Source: a virus
Taxonomy: Duplodnaviria > Caudoviricetes
Reading direction: 5' to 3' (one strand)
Length of the DNA: 46,838 bases
Virus record (IMG/VR): IMGVR_UViG_3300020045_011081
Location: 1 to 46,838 of that record
Shown: piece after piece, positions 9,068 to 19,004 of the stretch
Numbering within the stretch: the stretch's first letter is position 1
How the letters are laid out: each line of letters begins with the position of its first letter
Position numbers and translations under genes: made by a program
The notes under the pieces: model-generated
What the model saw: only the letters and a program-made list of their open reading frames with translations
Databases searched by the model: none
What the model was told of the DNA's origin: nothing

Positions 9068-10060
9068 ATGGCTGATGACATCCCAGGGATGACCCTGGAA
9101 ATGCACGATCACCGTTCTGAGGAACGAGCTGAAAGTGTTAAGCACGCAGTAAAAAAGGTTGGTGATAAGATCAACATTTTTAAACAAACTGAAGGGGAAG
9201 GGAAAATGGATAGCTCAGCAATTTTGCCGGCACTTGTAGCAATGCAGAAAGATGGCGGCGGCTCTGGCTCAGCGGTTGGCGCAGGGGCACTTGGTTTCGT
9301 CGCGGGTGCAGTTTTGGGCGGTCGTGGAGGCCTCTTAGGCGGGGATAACGGTGCTGTAGCGGCTGCAGCTGTTAACCATGTAACATCAGCAGAACTTGCA
9401 GCTGCGTTAGCGGGTGTTACTGATACTCTGCAGAATACTACTGTCATGCAGACACTTGGCGATATTAAAGCGTCTGTGCCATTGGCAGAAGGTCAAGTTC
9501 AGCTGGCTTTGGCTGGTGCCCAGTCGGATATTAATGCCAATATCAATAGTAGCCTGCAGATTGCAGTATCTGGCCAAGCGCTTATCAACAAAAATATTTC
9601 CGAATCAATCGCTACTGCCTTAGCCGGCCAGTCTGCGATTAAGGAAAGTATTTCTGCGTATGGCGTAGCCAACTTAACGGCAACCAAAGATGCACAGTTT
9701 GCTATTGTTACCGCGGTGACTAACGATGGCGAAAAGACACGTGCGCTTATCACGTCAAATGAAATGGCTAACTTACAGCGTATGCTTACTGTAAGCGAAT
9801 CACGTGCTCTGGAAGATCGCTTGACAGCCCGCCAACGTGAAGTGGAAGTAAATATTACTAACACTAACACAAATACTGCGCAGGCTATCCAGGCGCAGAA
9901 CCAGTCCCAAGCACAGTCGCAAGCTATTATCCAGCTGGCTGCTTTGGTACAAAACTTGTCTGGCGATATCCAAACAGTTAAGCAGGGCCAGGTAATCTTT
10001 AATAGCGGTTCAATGCGCGACTCTGGCAGCCAGTCGGCAGCCAATACTAAAGTTGGTTAA
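9068..10060 (+). CDS. Gly/Ala-rich hydrophobic N-segment plus long coiled-coil protein of unknown function
   Basis: AVGAGALGFVAGAVLGG, heptad-rich body, DGEKTRALI motif; alternative starts at 9008 and 9206. Confidence 0.85.
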   Translation: MADDIPGMTLEMHDHRSEERAESVKHAVKKVGDKINIFKQTEGEGKMDSSAILPALVAMQKDGGGSGSAVGAGALGFVAGAVLGGRGGLLGGDNGAVAAAAVNHVTSAELAAALAGVTDTLQNTTVMQTLGDIKASVPLAEGQVQLALAGAQSDINANINSSLQIAVSGQALINKNISESIATALAGQSAIKESISAYGVANLTATKDAQFAIVTAVTNDGEKTRALITSNEMANLQRMLTVSESRALEDRLTARQREVEVNITNTNTNTAQAIQAQNQSQAQSQAIIQLAALVQNLSGDIQTVKQGQVIFNSGSMRDSGSQSAANTKVG

Positions 10061-10113
10061 TAGCTAACTGTGTGGACAGAGGACGCTCTGTCCACTTATA
10101 CAAAGGGTATCAA

Positions 10114-10308
10114 ATGCTTGAAGACTTAGTTCTAGGTAAAAAAGTAATTACTGCTATAGGTAGTAATCTTACTGAAGAAGAGCAGCAGACACTTTCAACG
10201 TACCGAGAATACTTTCCAAACTTTTTATCCACACAAGAAGGTATTAGTTTATGCCAACTTGTTGGAGCTGAGTTTGTAAAATATATCAACTCTAATCTAA
10301 CGGAGTAG
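10114..10308 (+). CDS. Small hypothetical protein (cassette gene 2)
   Basis: AAGGG RBS; follows a 10-bp hairpin at 10072-10095. Confidence 0.7.
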   Translation: MLEDLVLGKKVITAIGSNLTEEEQQTLSTYREYFPNFLSTQEGISLCQLVGAEFVKYINSNLTE

Positions 10309-10311
10309 CAA

Positions 10312-10500
10312 ATGTTTATTTACTATTCTATAAAGCTTTGCTTATTAGCCGCTTACTTATGGCTAGTTACTCAGCTAATATCAGTAATGTCCCATACAGC
10401 CAAGACATTTTTCTACGGTGTAATGGCTGCAACCTTTATGGTAATCTGCCCAAAGAAGCTAATTACAGCCACGGTAGACTTTTTTAAGTATAACCCATAA
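10312..10500 (+). CDS. Small membrane protein (cassette gene 3)
   Basis: GGAG RBS; two hydrophobic stretches. Confidence 0.65.
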   Translation: MFIYYSIKLCLLAAYLWLVTQLISVMSHTAKTFFYGVMAATFMVICPKKLITATVDFFKYNP

Positions 10501-10506
10501 GCACTA

Positions 10507-10535
10507 TTGACATGGGTCGATTAACAGAGTATAAT
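10507..10535 (+). promoter_or_regulatory. Consensus sigma70 promoter upstream of scaffold and capsid
   Basis: TTGACA-N17-TATAAT exact. Confidence 0.85.
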
Positions 10536-10579
10536 AGCCTTGATTGTGTCAAGTAGACACTAACCTTGGAACCTGTAGC

Positions 10580-11224
10580 GTGCCTAAATATACTGATGAA
10601 GCTGGTAATGTTATTGACACCGGTGAAGTGTCAATTAAAGATATGCAAGATGAAACTAAACGCTTGCTCGGTCATAATAATACACTCCTCGGTGAGAAGC
10701 GTACTGAATCCGAAAAGCGTAAAGTTGCTGAAGAAGCTGCAGCTACAGCATTGGCTGATGTAGCAAATGTACGGACAACTATTGAAGCTGAATGGACCCA
10801 AAAGCTTACAGCTAAAGAAACAGAGTTGTTAGCTCTGTCTTCAACTGCTGATAAGTACAAAAAGTCTGTTCTTGACATGGCTGTCAACGGTCCAGCGGCA
10901 GAACTTGCAAATACTCATACAACTGCACCTGACTTAGCGGTATTGTATATTAAACAACGTTTAACTGCTGAAATTGATGCAGAAGGCAATATCGTAACAA
11001 AAGTAATTGGCAAAGATGGCAAGCCTTCAGATATGTCAATTGACGCATTGATGGCTGAACTTGCTACAGATAAAAAGCTTGCACCAGTTATGAAGGCCAG
11101 CCAGGCTCGTGGCGGTGGTAATGGCCCAGTAGGTAGCCCAGCAGCGGTTACTAAATTTAAAACAGAGTCAGTAGCTGATGCTACTGCACGCCGTACAGCG
11201 GAACGAGCTGCTGCCGGTAAGTAA
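10580..11224 (+). CDS. Head scaffolding protein (start uncertain)
   Basis: Coiled coil, IKQRL and ASQARGGG motifs, directly upstream of capsid. Confidence 0.8.
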   Translation: MPKYTDEAGNVIDTGEVSIKDMQDETKRLLGHNNTLLGEKRTESEKRKVAEEAAATALADVANVRTTIEAEWTQKLTAKETELLALSSTADKYKKSVLDMAVNGPAAELANTHTTAPDLAVLYIKQRLTAEIDAEGNIVTKVIGKDGKPSDMSIDALMAELATDKKLAPVMKASQARGGGNGPVGSPAAVTKFKTESVADATARRTAERAAAGK

Positions 11225-11233
11225 GGATAAATC

Positions 11234-12235
11234 ATGGCCCTATCAGATCTGCAAGTATTCCAAGAAGAAGCCTACGGCGCAATGGTCGAAACGCTTCATA
11301 TTAACATTAATTTGTTTAACTCAGCCACTGGTGGCTCATTGATTTTAGCGCCAGCAGTACATCAAGGCGATTTATCTACTGACACCTTCTGGAAGCGTAC
11401 GGAAGGCCTGGTACGTGAACGTGATCCGTATAAAAAAGATGGCGCCGTCCCATCGAAAGAACTTTCAATGGGTACTCGTACGTCTGTTCGTTACGCTTCA
11501 GGTACACCTGAAATGCGTATGGATGCCACATGGATGAACTGGATTCAGCGAAGTCCAATTGAAGCTGGTATTATTTTTGGTCGTCAGTTAGCTGAGCAGC
11601 GTTTACGCGATCAGTTATATACAGCTCTGGGTATTTACGTTGGCGCGATGAAGCTTCAAACAAATATGGTTTACGACCATGCTGCAGCAGTTGGTGCTGA
11701 AAATAATGGTAAAGCCTGCTTGCAAGCTATGCTTCGTGGCCAAGCTAAGTTTGGCGACCAGTCAAGTTTAGTTAATTGCTGGGTAATGACTTCTAAGTCT
11801 CAAGTTGATATTTACGAACAGACTATGGCCAATGCCGAAAAGCTGTTTGTATTTGGTAATATCATTGTTAACGCCGATGCACAAGGTCGTCCTATCATTG
11901 CAACTGATGCTGATCCGTTGTTTTTTGCTGGTGTTGATGGTGTTGAAGGTGGTACTGACGATCGTTACTACTTGTGTGGACTTACTAACAGCGCTGTTGT
12001 TCTTGAGCCTAACAACGACTGGAATGAAGCGTCTAATAAAGTCACTGGTAATGAAAACATTAAGTCAACTTATCAGGCTGAATGGTCTGAGCAAGTTGGT
12101 CTTAAAGGCTTTACTTGGGATGATGCAAATGGCGGCAAAAATCCTACACGTGCTAAGCTACAGACCGGCACTAACTGGGATAAGGTTGTCGAAGACGACA
12201 AAGCACTGGCAGGTTGTTTAGTTATCACTAAGTAA
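11234..12235 (+). CDS. Major capsid protein (T1/Rtp-like)
   Basis: MALSDLQVF, FNSATGGSL, KGFTWD...GGKNPT...GTNWDK. Confidence 0.92.
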   Translation: MALSDLQVFQEEAYGAMVETLHININLFNSATGGSLILAPAVHQGDLSTDTFWKRTEGLVRERDPYKKDGAVPSKELSMGTRTSVRYASGTPEMRMDATWMNWIQRSPIEAGIIFGRQLAEQRLRDQLYTALGIYVGAMKLQTNMVYDHAAAVGAENNGKACLQAMLRGQAKFGDQSSLVNCWVMTSKSQVDIYEQTMANAEKLFVFGNIIVNADAQGRPIIATDADPLFFAGVDGVEGGTDDRYYLCGLTNSAVVLEPNNDWNEASNKVTGNENIKSTYQAEWSEQVGLKGFTWDDANGGKNPTRAKLQTGTNWDKVVEDDKALAGCLVITK

Positions 12236-12253
12236 CAAAACCGGTGTAATGCT

Positions 12254-12279
12254 AATGGGGGCTTCGGCTCCCATTTTTT
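12254..12279 (+). terminator. Intrinsic terminator after capsid
   Basis: ATGGGGGC-TTCG-GCTCCCAT plus T-tract. Confidence 0.85.
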
Positions 12280-12291
12280 ATAGGTGTCAAT

Positions 12292-12777
12292 ATGATTATA
12301 GTAGAAGATGGCACAGTTGTACCAAATGCAAATAGCTATGTTAGCTTAGAAGACTTTAAGCTAATGGCTGCGCAGTACACAGAACTTGACCCGTTATTGG
12401 TAGATGATGAGCTTACTCGTATCATACTGCGAGCGATGCTTTTTATCGAGCGACTGGCGTTCAAAGGTACTAAGGTTGACTTTTTCCACACAGTACAGTG
12501 GCCGCGAGCTGACCTATGCTTTGCTCCATATACAATGTGGCCTGAAGACAAAGTACCTCCACAAATTATACAAGCTCTTGTGCTGCTAAGCGTTGGTGTA
12601 GTTATTGAAGGCGACGAAGTACTTACGCCGCCACAAAATACACGGCGTGAAAAGGTTGGCCAAGTAGAAGTAGAATTTTATTCTAATGGTGGTGTTGGTA
12701 CTGAGTCAGTATGGCAGCAGCAGGCTATTGACTTACTACGGCCGTTTGCCATGTTTATGCGTACGGTAAGAGTATGA
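12292..12777 (+). CDS. Head-tail adaptor (DnaT-like family)
   Basis: IIVEDGT...ANSYVS, WPR, EKVGQVEVEF. Confidence 0.85.
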   Translation: MIIVEDGTVVPNANSYVSLEDFKLMAAQYTELDPLLVDDELTRIILRAMLFIERLAFKGTKVDFFHTVQWPRADLCFAPYTMWPEDKVPPQIIQALVLLSVGVVIEGDEVLTPPQNTRREKVGQVEVEFYSNGGVGTESVWQQQAIDLLRPFAMFMRTVRV

Positions 12778-13205
12778 GTGTTACTATACGTAGAACAGGC
12801 AGCTACGCTAAAGCCCTTGCAAAGTATGAAGGCTTACCAACGCTAATGATTGGTGTACCTCGTAAAAACTCACCACGAGACGACGACACAACAAATGCAA
12901 TGCTACTAGGCTACCATCAGTTTGGCACAAAGAATATGCCTGCGCGTAGGCCACTTGATGTATTAAAAACTGATAAAGGGTTTAAAGATGCTCTACGCGT
13001 TGCCGTTAAACTGCACGAGCCTGGGGTAATGAAGCTAGCTGGAGTATATGGTGTGGACGCTATTAAGGCTAGTATTCGTGCTGGTCTTGACCCAGCTATA
13101 ACACCAGGTACATTGGCAGGTAGAAAGGTTAGCACTAACCCTACTCCACTTATAGATACTAGCCAGTTTATTAACTCTATCGGTTATGAGGTTAAGTATA
13201 AATGA
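12774..13205 (+). CDS. Neck / tail completion protein
   Basis: HQFGT..MPARR and PLIDTSQFINSI motifs. Confidence 0.75.
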   Translation: MSVTIRRTGSYAKALAKYEGLPTLMIGVPRKNSPRDDDTTNAMLLGYHQFGTKNMPARRPLDVLKTDKGFKDALRVAVKLHEPGVMKLAGVYGVDAIKASIRAGLDPAITPGTLAGRKVSTNPTPLIDTSQFINSIGYEVKYK

Positions 13206-13585
13206 CAATGCTAAAGCCGAGTAGACTACTCTTAAAACCTAGGTTTACCCAACCATACACCATAAGAAAACGTAACTTTACCCGTTTACCAGATGGCTCT
13301 GGTGATGATAAGTATACAGAAGTAAAAGGTGTACGCATGTCAATTCAGCCACTTGATAAAGCAAATGATGAGCTGAAGTCACTTGACTCAGGTGAGCGTG
13401 TTCAAGATAAAGCTGTATTTTATTCAAAGGTTATACTTAACGCAGGTGATATGTTCTTTTTTGACAACTCCTGGTTTCGTGTGACTAAACCTAACTTTAG
13501 AGGTCCATATGGATTCAGTGACGGTGAAGGCACTAGATATGATGGCCCTAGTGCTCCTGATTCGAAAGGCTTTGTCGTTACCTGA
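13202..13585 (+). CDS. Head closure protein (putative)
   Basis: Position; SIQP...L..GER pattern. Confidence 0.6.
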   Translation: MTMLKPSRLLLKPRFTQPYTIRKRNFTRLPDGSGDDKYTEVKGVRMSIQPLDKANDELKSLDSGERVQDKAVFYSKVILNAGDMFFFDNSWFRVTKPNFRGPYGFSDGEGTRYDGPSAPDSKGFVVT

Positions 13586-14027
13586 TGGCTGTGTTCGGTT
13601 GTCTAACGAGCCTTTTCCATCAGGCATAGATGCTTATGTAACTCTTGAGCACCACACAGATGACCGCACCACCACAACACGTACTGAGTTTAATGGTGCA
13701 AAAGAACAGACTACTTTATCAACAGGTAAGTCAGCCCGTGTATCGATTAATGGCTATGGGGCCAATTCATTTGACCTATTAAATAAGCTTAGAGATTTAC
13801 TTTCTGCCGCACCCGCGGTAAAATCAGAGCTAAGAAAACTTGGGCTTGGCATTATCTCTTTTTCAGAGGTTCGTAATATATCTGCGTGGGCACCACCTAG
13901 CTTTGAAGAGCGCGCTATATTTGATGCAGAGTTTCTGTATGTACACAAAATAAGTGTAGATACTAAGCAGATTAAGAAAGCAACAATTAACATTAATAGT
14001 GTTGTAATACACGTGGAGAAACAATAA
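13539..14027 (+). CDS. Tail terminator / neck protein (putative)
   Basis: Directly upstream of sheath; FEERAIFD motif. Confidence 0.65.
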   Translation: MMALVLLIRKALSLPDGCVRLSNEPFPSGIDAYVTLEHHTDDRTTTTRTEFNGAKEQTTLSTGKSARVSINGYGANSFDLLNKLRDLLSAAPAVKSELRKLGLGIISFSEVRNISAWAPPSFEERAIFDAEFLYVHKISVDTKQIKKATININSVVIHVEKQ

Positions 14028-15538
14028 TGGGCATGCCTATTTCTGAAATTGTAAATGTACAGCTTTCCAATGTACCGTCTGCAGAAGAGCAGCGTGATGT
14101 TGGTATGCTTGCTCTGTTATCATCGGAGTTTAAGTCAAAAGTTACTGACGGTAGCAAGTATGTTCTTGCTACTTCCCAGGATGATGTAGAATTGGTTTTT
14201 GGTACTAACTCTGAGACTGCGGCGGCTACTCGTCCGTTTATGTCACAGGTGCCACGCCCATCTCGTATGCTTATCTCAAGTATTGACCGCTCGATTAAGC
14301 CTACTAGTGCTGCCACTAAAGCTACTCTGTCTAGCCCTACTACAATTGACTTAGTTGCAGTACAGGCTATTGGTAACGACGGTGTGCTAACTATTGTTGT
14401 TAATGGCAATACTACAGAAGTAATGGCAATTGACTTTACTCCTGTGACTACTATTGACTTGCTTATTACTGCCTTATCTGATAAGCTTTCAGCTTTAGCT
14501 ATTGTAACAAAGTCAGTAACCGGTACAGGTGTTATACTTACTGCTTTAGCAGCTGGACCAGGCTCTATTGAAGTTGTATCTATGACGCCTACTACAGTAG
14601 GTGAAGATGCTTCAGACGTGCTTAAGCTAAAAGTATCGGCCGGTGCAGTTAAAGTTGATGGTCAAGCAGCCGTTGTAGCTAATACACCAATGCAAACAGA
14701 GCCAGAGGCTATTTCTGCTTTGTCTTTAGCTTATCCTGATTGGTATTGTGTGGCGTTTACTAACAACGTTGCTAACGACACCGCTATTGTTGCACTTGGT
14801 AAGTATGTACAGGCACTTGACAAAAAGATTACTGCTTTAACCACACAGCAAGCAAATCATATTGAGTTCCTCGATACAAATCCGTTTAAGCAATTATACG
14901 ATGCTTTAACAAATCGAACTTGTGTATTTTACAGCACTAAAGATAAGTACTTACACATGTCTGCAATGGCAACAATGCTTGCAGTTAAGTTTGAAGGTAC
15001 TAAAACAGTTAAGACGCTTAAGTTTAAACAAGCAATAAATGTTGTGGCTGATAACTTTGACACTACAGTGGCAAATAAAGCTAAAAAACTTGGCATTAAC
15101 GTGTATACGTACTACGGTTCTTCGCCTATGATATCTGAAGGCACAATGATTGGTAAAAATCGTTACTTCGATGAAGTTCATTGGCTTGACTGGTTAGTAG
15201 ACGCTGTACAAAAAAATGTGTTTAATGCCTTGTTTCAAACCCCAACACAAATTGACTTAACAGACGATGGTGTTGCAAAGTTACTTGCTCGTATTAAAGA
15301 AGTAGCCCGTAAAGGTATTCGTAATGGTGGTGCTGCTCCTGGCGTATGGCGTATTGATGGCTTTGGTACGCTTAACCGTGGTGACTTCCTTGAAGAAGGT
15401 TTCTACACTTGGGCTGATACTGTTGCAAACTTATCAGATACTGATGTTGAAAACCGTGTAGCTCCAGTGATGTATCTTGCAATTAAGCGTACTGGTGCAG
15501 TTCACAAGTCTGATATTATCATTGGCTTTAGCCGATAA
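14027..15538 (+). CDS. Contractile tail sheath (DUF3383-like)
   Basis: PISEIVNV, VFGTNSE, TLKFKQ, FDEVHWLDWL, GAVH. Confidence 0.9.
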   Translation: MGMPISEIVNVQLSNVPSAEEQRDVGMLALLSSEFKSKVTDGSKYVLATSQDDVELVFGTNSETAAATRPFMSQVPRPSRMLISSIDRSIKPTSAATKATLSSPTTIDLVAVQAIGNDGVLTIVVNGNTTEVMAIDFTPVTTIDLLITALSDKLSALAIVTKSVTGTGVILTALAAGPGSIEVVSMTPTTVGEDASDVLKLKVSAGAVKVDGQAAVVANTPMQTEPEAISALSLAYPDWYCVAFTNNVANDTAIVALGKYVQALDKKITALTTQQANHIEFLDTNPFKQLYDALTNRTCVFYSTKDKYLHMSAMATMLAVKFEGTKTVKTLKFKQAINVVADNFDTTVANKAKKLGINVYTYYGSSPMISEGTMIGKNRYFDEVHWLDWLVDAVQKNVFNALFQTPTQIDLTDDGVAKLLARIKEVARKGIRNGGAAPGVWRIDGFGTLNRGDFLEEGFYTWADTVANLSDTDVENRVAPVMYLAIKRTGAVHKSDIIIGFSR

Positions 15539-15549
15539 GGAGTATTAAT

Positions 15550-15987
15550 ATGTCTGTTTTTGACCCTTCACAAATGTCTGTTATTATTGATGGCAGAGCT
15601 ATTACAACTTGGGGTGAGAAAGGCGATATGCTCACACTCACCCCAGGCGCACCAGCTGGCGCTTACACAATGGGTTCCGACGGTAAAGGTGTATTTGTAG
15701 TTGACCCGGATAAGTCAGCCACTCTTGTACTTAACCTACCGCAGCACTCAGTGGATAATAAGTGGTTTTCTCAGCAAAAAGCGATGCAGCAAAACAGTAT
15801 TCGTAGTTTTATCCCAAAGACACTTGAAATCACTGATTTGTTAAACGGCGATGTTATCTCAGCGCAAAAAGGCTACTTTACTGAGCTACCACCTTACGCG
15901 CGTGGTACATCATCAGCAAAGAATACAGTGTGGACATTAGTATTTGAAACACACTCCTCCAACTTAGCAGAAGGATTTGGTAACTAA
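15550..15987 (+). CDS. Tail tube protein (DUF3277-like)
   Basis: Follows sheath; FDP, GSDG, D.LNGD motifs. Confidence 0.8.
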   Translation: MSVFDPSQMSVIIDGRAITTWGEKGDMLTLTPGAPAGAYTMGSDGKGVFVVDPDKSATLVLNLPQHSVDNKWFSQQKAMQQNSIRSFIPKTLEITDLLNGDVISAQKGYFTELPPYARGTSSAKNTVWTLVFETHSSNLAEGFGN

Positions 15988-16382
15988 TGGAACAAGCGCA
16001 AGTAAAACCAATTGAACTTGTAGTTGAAGATAACCGAGCCACGCTGGAAATTGATGGTGTGACTTATGTCTATACTATGGCAAATGCTGAGCCAGCTTAC
16101 AAAGCGTTTAAGGCAGCTTGCGCAGTGCTTAAGGATGCAAATAAAGATTCAAGTATTATTGCTGTAATTGCCAGTAACCTGGGCCACTCTGCTGTTGAGG
16201 CTTGTGAAAAGTTAGTTCGTGCTAACTTATCAGTTAAGCCGGTAGAAGGCGATATGTTTAAGATTAATGATCGCTTTGACTCACACTTCAATAAGCACCG
16301 TAAGCATTTAATACTTGTTATGGTTAACGGTATGAAATACCAGTTCGGGGATTTTTTCGACATGAGCGTGCTTGGCCTGTAG
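15987..16382 (+). CDS. Tail assembly chaperone (G-like)
   Basis: Between tube and tape measure; FDSHFN; slippery site near its end. Confidence 0.8.
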   Translation: MEQAQVKPIELVVEDNRATLEIDGVTYVYTMANAEPAYKAFKAACAVLKDANKDSSIIAVIASNLGHSAVEACEKLVRANLSVKPVEGDMFKINDRFDSHFNKHRKHLILVMVNGMKYQFGDFFDMSVLGL

Positions 16383-16591
16383 CCGAAGCGGCCGAGGAAA
16401 ACCAGTATGTTACTGACTGGTTTATCTTCGGCCCTATTTCTAAGGGTTACTGCACGTTACATGAGCTAAGAACAGTATATACGCTTGTTGACTTACTACA
16501 GTTTAACAACGCTATATATGAAGAGGCTAAGGCTACCAAGGAGCAGGAGAAACGTGTCAACGACAATCGACGAGCTACTCGTAGCAGTTAA
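16352..16591 (+). CDS. -1 frameshift extension of the tail chaperone (GT-like)
   Basis: T TTT TTC at 16352-16358; -1 frame open to TAA 16591 (TDWFIFGP...TLHELRTVYTLVDL). Confidence 0.8.
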   Translation, partial: FFRHERAWPVAEAAEENQYVTDWFIFGPISKGYCTLHELRTVYTLVDLLQFNNAIYEEAKATKEQEKRVNDNRRATRSS

Positions 16592-18155
16592 AATTGATCT
16601 TAGAAATAATAAAGCTGTACTCCTTTCATTAAAGGAAGTAGAGAAGCAGTTCTTTGGCGTTACTAAGGCAGCAGAAAAAACAGATAAAGCAGTAAGTAAA
16701 GTTGGAACAAATAATGGTTTAAAGAAACAGGCCAGTAACGCTTTACAAATGCTAAGCCAAGTTAACCACACTAACAATGGCTTACATGCTATGCACACCA
16801 TTCTTACAAAGATTGGTAGCACAGGGCCGTTAATTGCTGGTATTGCTGCAGCATTTGCAGCTATGGGCGCGTATAAGCTGTCTGAGCAAGTAGCTGGCCT
16901 TGAAAAGCTTCGTGTACAGCAAGACTTTCTTTTCAGTGATACACCTACCGGTGGTGCTGGCATGCGTGAACGTGCCGGTGTTGAAGGGCTTAAGTTTGGT
17001 ATGTCTATTAATGACTTGACGGATGCTATAACGTCCTTCAAGCTACAGTCTATTGATATTAATGAGAAGTTTCTACCAGCTATGATGGCTGGTGCTGAGT
17101 CTCAAGGTCGTACGCTAAAATCTGTTGCATTGATGGTCGATGACGCTTTGTCAGGGCAAGGCAGACGGCTAAAAGAATATGGTATTACACAGAAGACTGG
17201 ACCAGAAGGCTACACCTTCAGAAAGCACGGCATGGAGACACAGACTTTTGGTAAAGAAGACAGGGCTGGTATTATTGACTACCTTGGTCGAGCCTTTGAA
17301 CAGCAGTATGGTGGGTTAGCAAGAGCTACGTCAGAAACTATTTCAGCTGATATGCAACGTGTACAAAACGCCTTAACTGAAGATACTACCTCAGTGTGGA
17401 AGACATTTGCTAAAGGTGCTACTGATCCAATATTTGAGTCATGGAATGGTATTGCAGAAAAGTTAACTGCATGGACCAAAGATCCAGCTGTGCAGGAAGG
17501 CATTAAAAATATTGGTCGAGGTGTAGGTGAAGGTATTTTGCTTGTAGCTAGACTAGTTGAATTTATTGGTATGGCAATTGGAAAGTTAACTCCTTTATTT
17601 GACTTTATCATGACAACGCTGGGCGTTATTTTTGATATATTTGAAACTGGCCTTGACTTCTTAACAAGGATGCTTAATAACGGTTTTGCTGATGCCGTAA
17701 AAGCCTGGGACACATGGGGCGAAGTAATCTGGCTTGGCTTTGAGTTAATAGCTCTTAAATTTACAAATGCTGTACTAGACTTAATAGAGCAATTTGTACC
17801 TGGTATGGATAATGCTAGGGCAATGCTAACTGAGTTTTTTATATGGCTCGATGAAAAGTGGGTAGCAGCATCTCTATGGGTAAGTAATTTTATGGATAGC
17901 CTTGAAAGTGCAATATTGCGTGTTGAGCTAATTATTATTGAGGGTATTGAAGATGCTTTTACAACAGCTATTGACTGGCTAAAAGACAAGGCAAGCTTTT
18001 TCTCCAGCACAGCAGCAATACCTGAAATGACTGGCGGCCGTGGTGGTGGCGTAGTAAATAACACAAATGTACAAGCCAGCTATAATATTAATGCGCCGAG
18101 TGTTGAGTCTGGGATGATGTCCTCTAGAGTTAATACAAGCTATCTATACGGGTGA
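16554..18155 (+). CDS. Tape measure protein
   Basis: GTG start after AGGAG; TTIDELLV N-terminus; helical with periodic W/F. Confidence 0.85.
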   Translation: MSTTIDELLVAVKIDLRNNKAVLLSLKEVEKQFFGVTKAAEKTDKAVSKVGTNNGLKKQASNALQMLSQVNHTNNGLHAMHTILTKIGSTGPLIAGIAAAFAAMGAYKLSEQVAGLEKLRVQQDFLFSDTPTGGAGMRERAGVEGLKFGMSINDLTDAITSFKLQSIDINEKFLPAMMAGAESQGRTLKSVALMVDDALSGQGRRLKEYGITQKTGPEGYTFRKHGMETQTFGKEDRAGIIDYLGRAFEQQYGGLARATSETISADMQRVQNALTEDTTSVWKTFAKGATDPIFESWNGIAEKLTAWTKDPAVQEGIKNIGRGVGEGILLVARLVEFIGMAIGKLTPLFDFIMTTLGVIFDIFETGLDFLTRMLNNGFADAVKAWDTWGEVIWLGFELIALKFTNAVLDLIEQFVPGMDNARAMLTEFFIWLDEKWVAASLWVSNFMDSLESAILRVELIIIEGIEDAFTTAIDWLKDKASFFSSTAAIPEMTGGRGGGVVNNTNVQASYNINAPSVESGMMSSRVNTSYLYG

Positions 18156-18158
18156 TAT

Positions 18159-19004
18159 ATGGCAACATTAGAGGATTTTTTTAGCAAGACATTTGTATCA
18201 AGGAAGATTGGAACATTTGTTCTTGATGCAACAACAGACGAATCGCACCAGTCTCAATTAAAGGTTACTAAGAACCCAATAGAGTCTGGAGGAGTAATTG
18301 CAGACCATGCATATCTTTTACCTGGTGCCCTAGTAATTCGTGGCATAATAGTTGACTATGAGGTTGAGCAAGTATCCACACTTATAGGCAAGCTAACGTC
18401 TATAGAAGGCATAGCCGGAGTACTTGGTGATGTAGTAAGCGGCGACTTTGATCCATTTGATGAAGCTACACAAGATAAACTACTAGAATCAGCACAAGTA
18501 GTTATTGGTGATATAGTACTTGGTGCAATACGTAATATTGCGCCATGGTTACCTGGTGTGCTAGGCAAGGTACTTGATATAGATGGTGAAGAGGCACCAT
18601 CCAGAATACGTAAGCTGTATGCTGAATTAGAGTCAATACAGTCTAGTGGTGAAATGCTTACAGTAATAACTAAAGCAAAGATCTACAATGATATGGTATT
18701 AACTGGTATTGCAGCTATTACAAATAACGATAATGTGCTAGAAGTTGTACTATCGTTTGAAAATATTCAAGTTACAGCAGAGCAGCTAGTTGTTCAAGGT
18801 GGCTTAACTGGTGGTGAAGCTGATATGCGTAGTAAAAAAGGTAAGGGAGGCAAAGATGGTAAAGATGACAGTGCTGACCCATCAGGTGATGCAGGTAAAG
18901 ATACTAAAAAGCCGGTAAAAGTAGAACATGAGTCTGTTGTAGAGCGCATGCGTGGGCAGGTAGAGGCCGAGCTAGGCAAGCTAAAAGGAAGGATGGGATT
19001 TTAA
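18159..19004 (+). CDS. Tail tube initiator / Dit-like baseplate protein
   Basis: LDATTDESH...TKNPIESG...DHA. Confidence 0.75.
   Translation: MATLEDFFSKTFVSRKIGTFVLDATTDESHQSQLKVTKNPIESGGVIADHAYLLPGALVIRGIIVDYEVEQVSTLIGKLTSIEGIAGVLGDVVSGDFDPFDEATQDKLLESAQVVIGDIVLGAIRNIAPWLPGVLGKVLDIDGEEAPSRIRKLYAELESIQSSGEMLTVITKAKIYNDMVLTGIAAITNNDNVLEVVLSFENIQVTAEQLVVQGGLTGGEADMRSKKGKGGKDGKDDSADPSGDAGKDTKKPVKVEHESVVERMRGQVEAELGKLKGRMGF

Noticed and set aside
17279-18064. Long antisense ORFs opposite structural genes (also 9499-10044, 16496-17041, 21649-22167)
   Set aside because: Shadow frames of strongly coding genes, with no RBS or recognisable motifs
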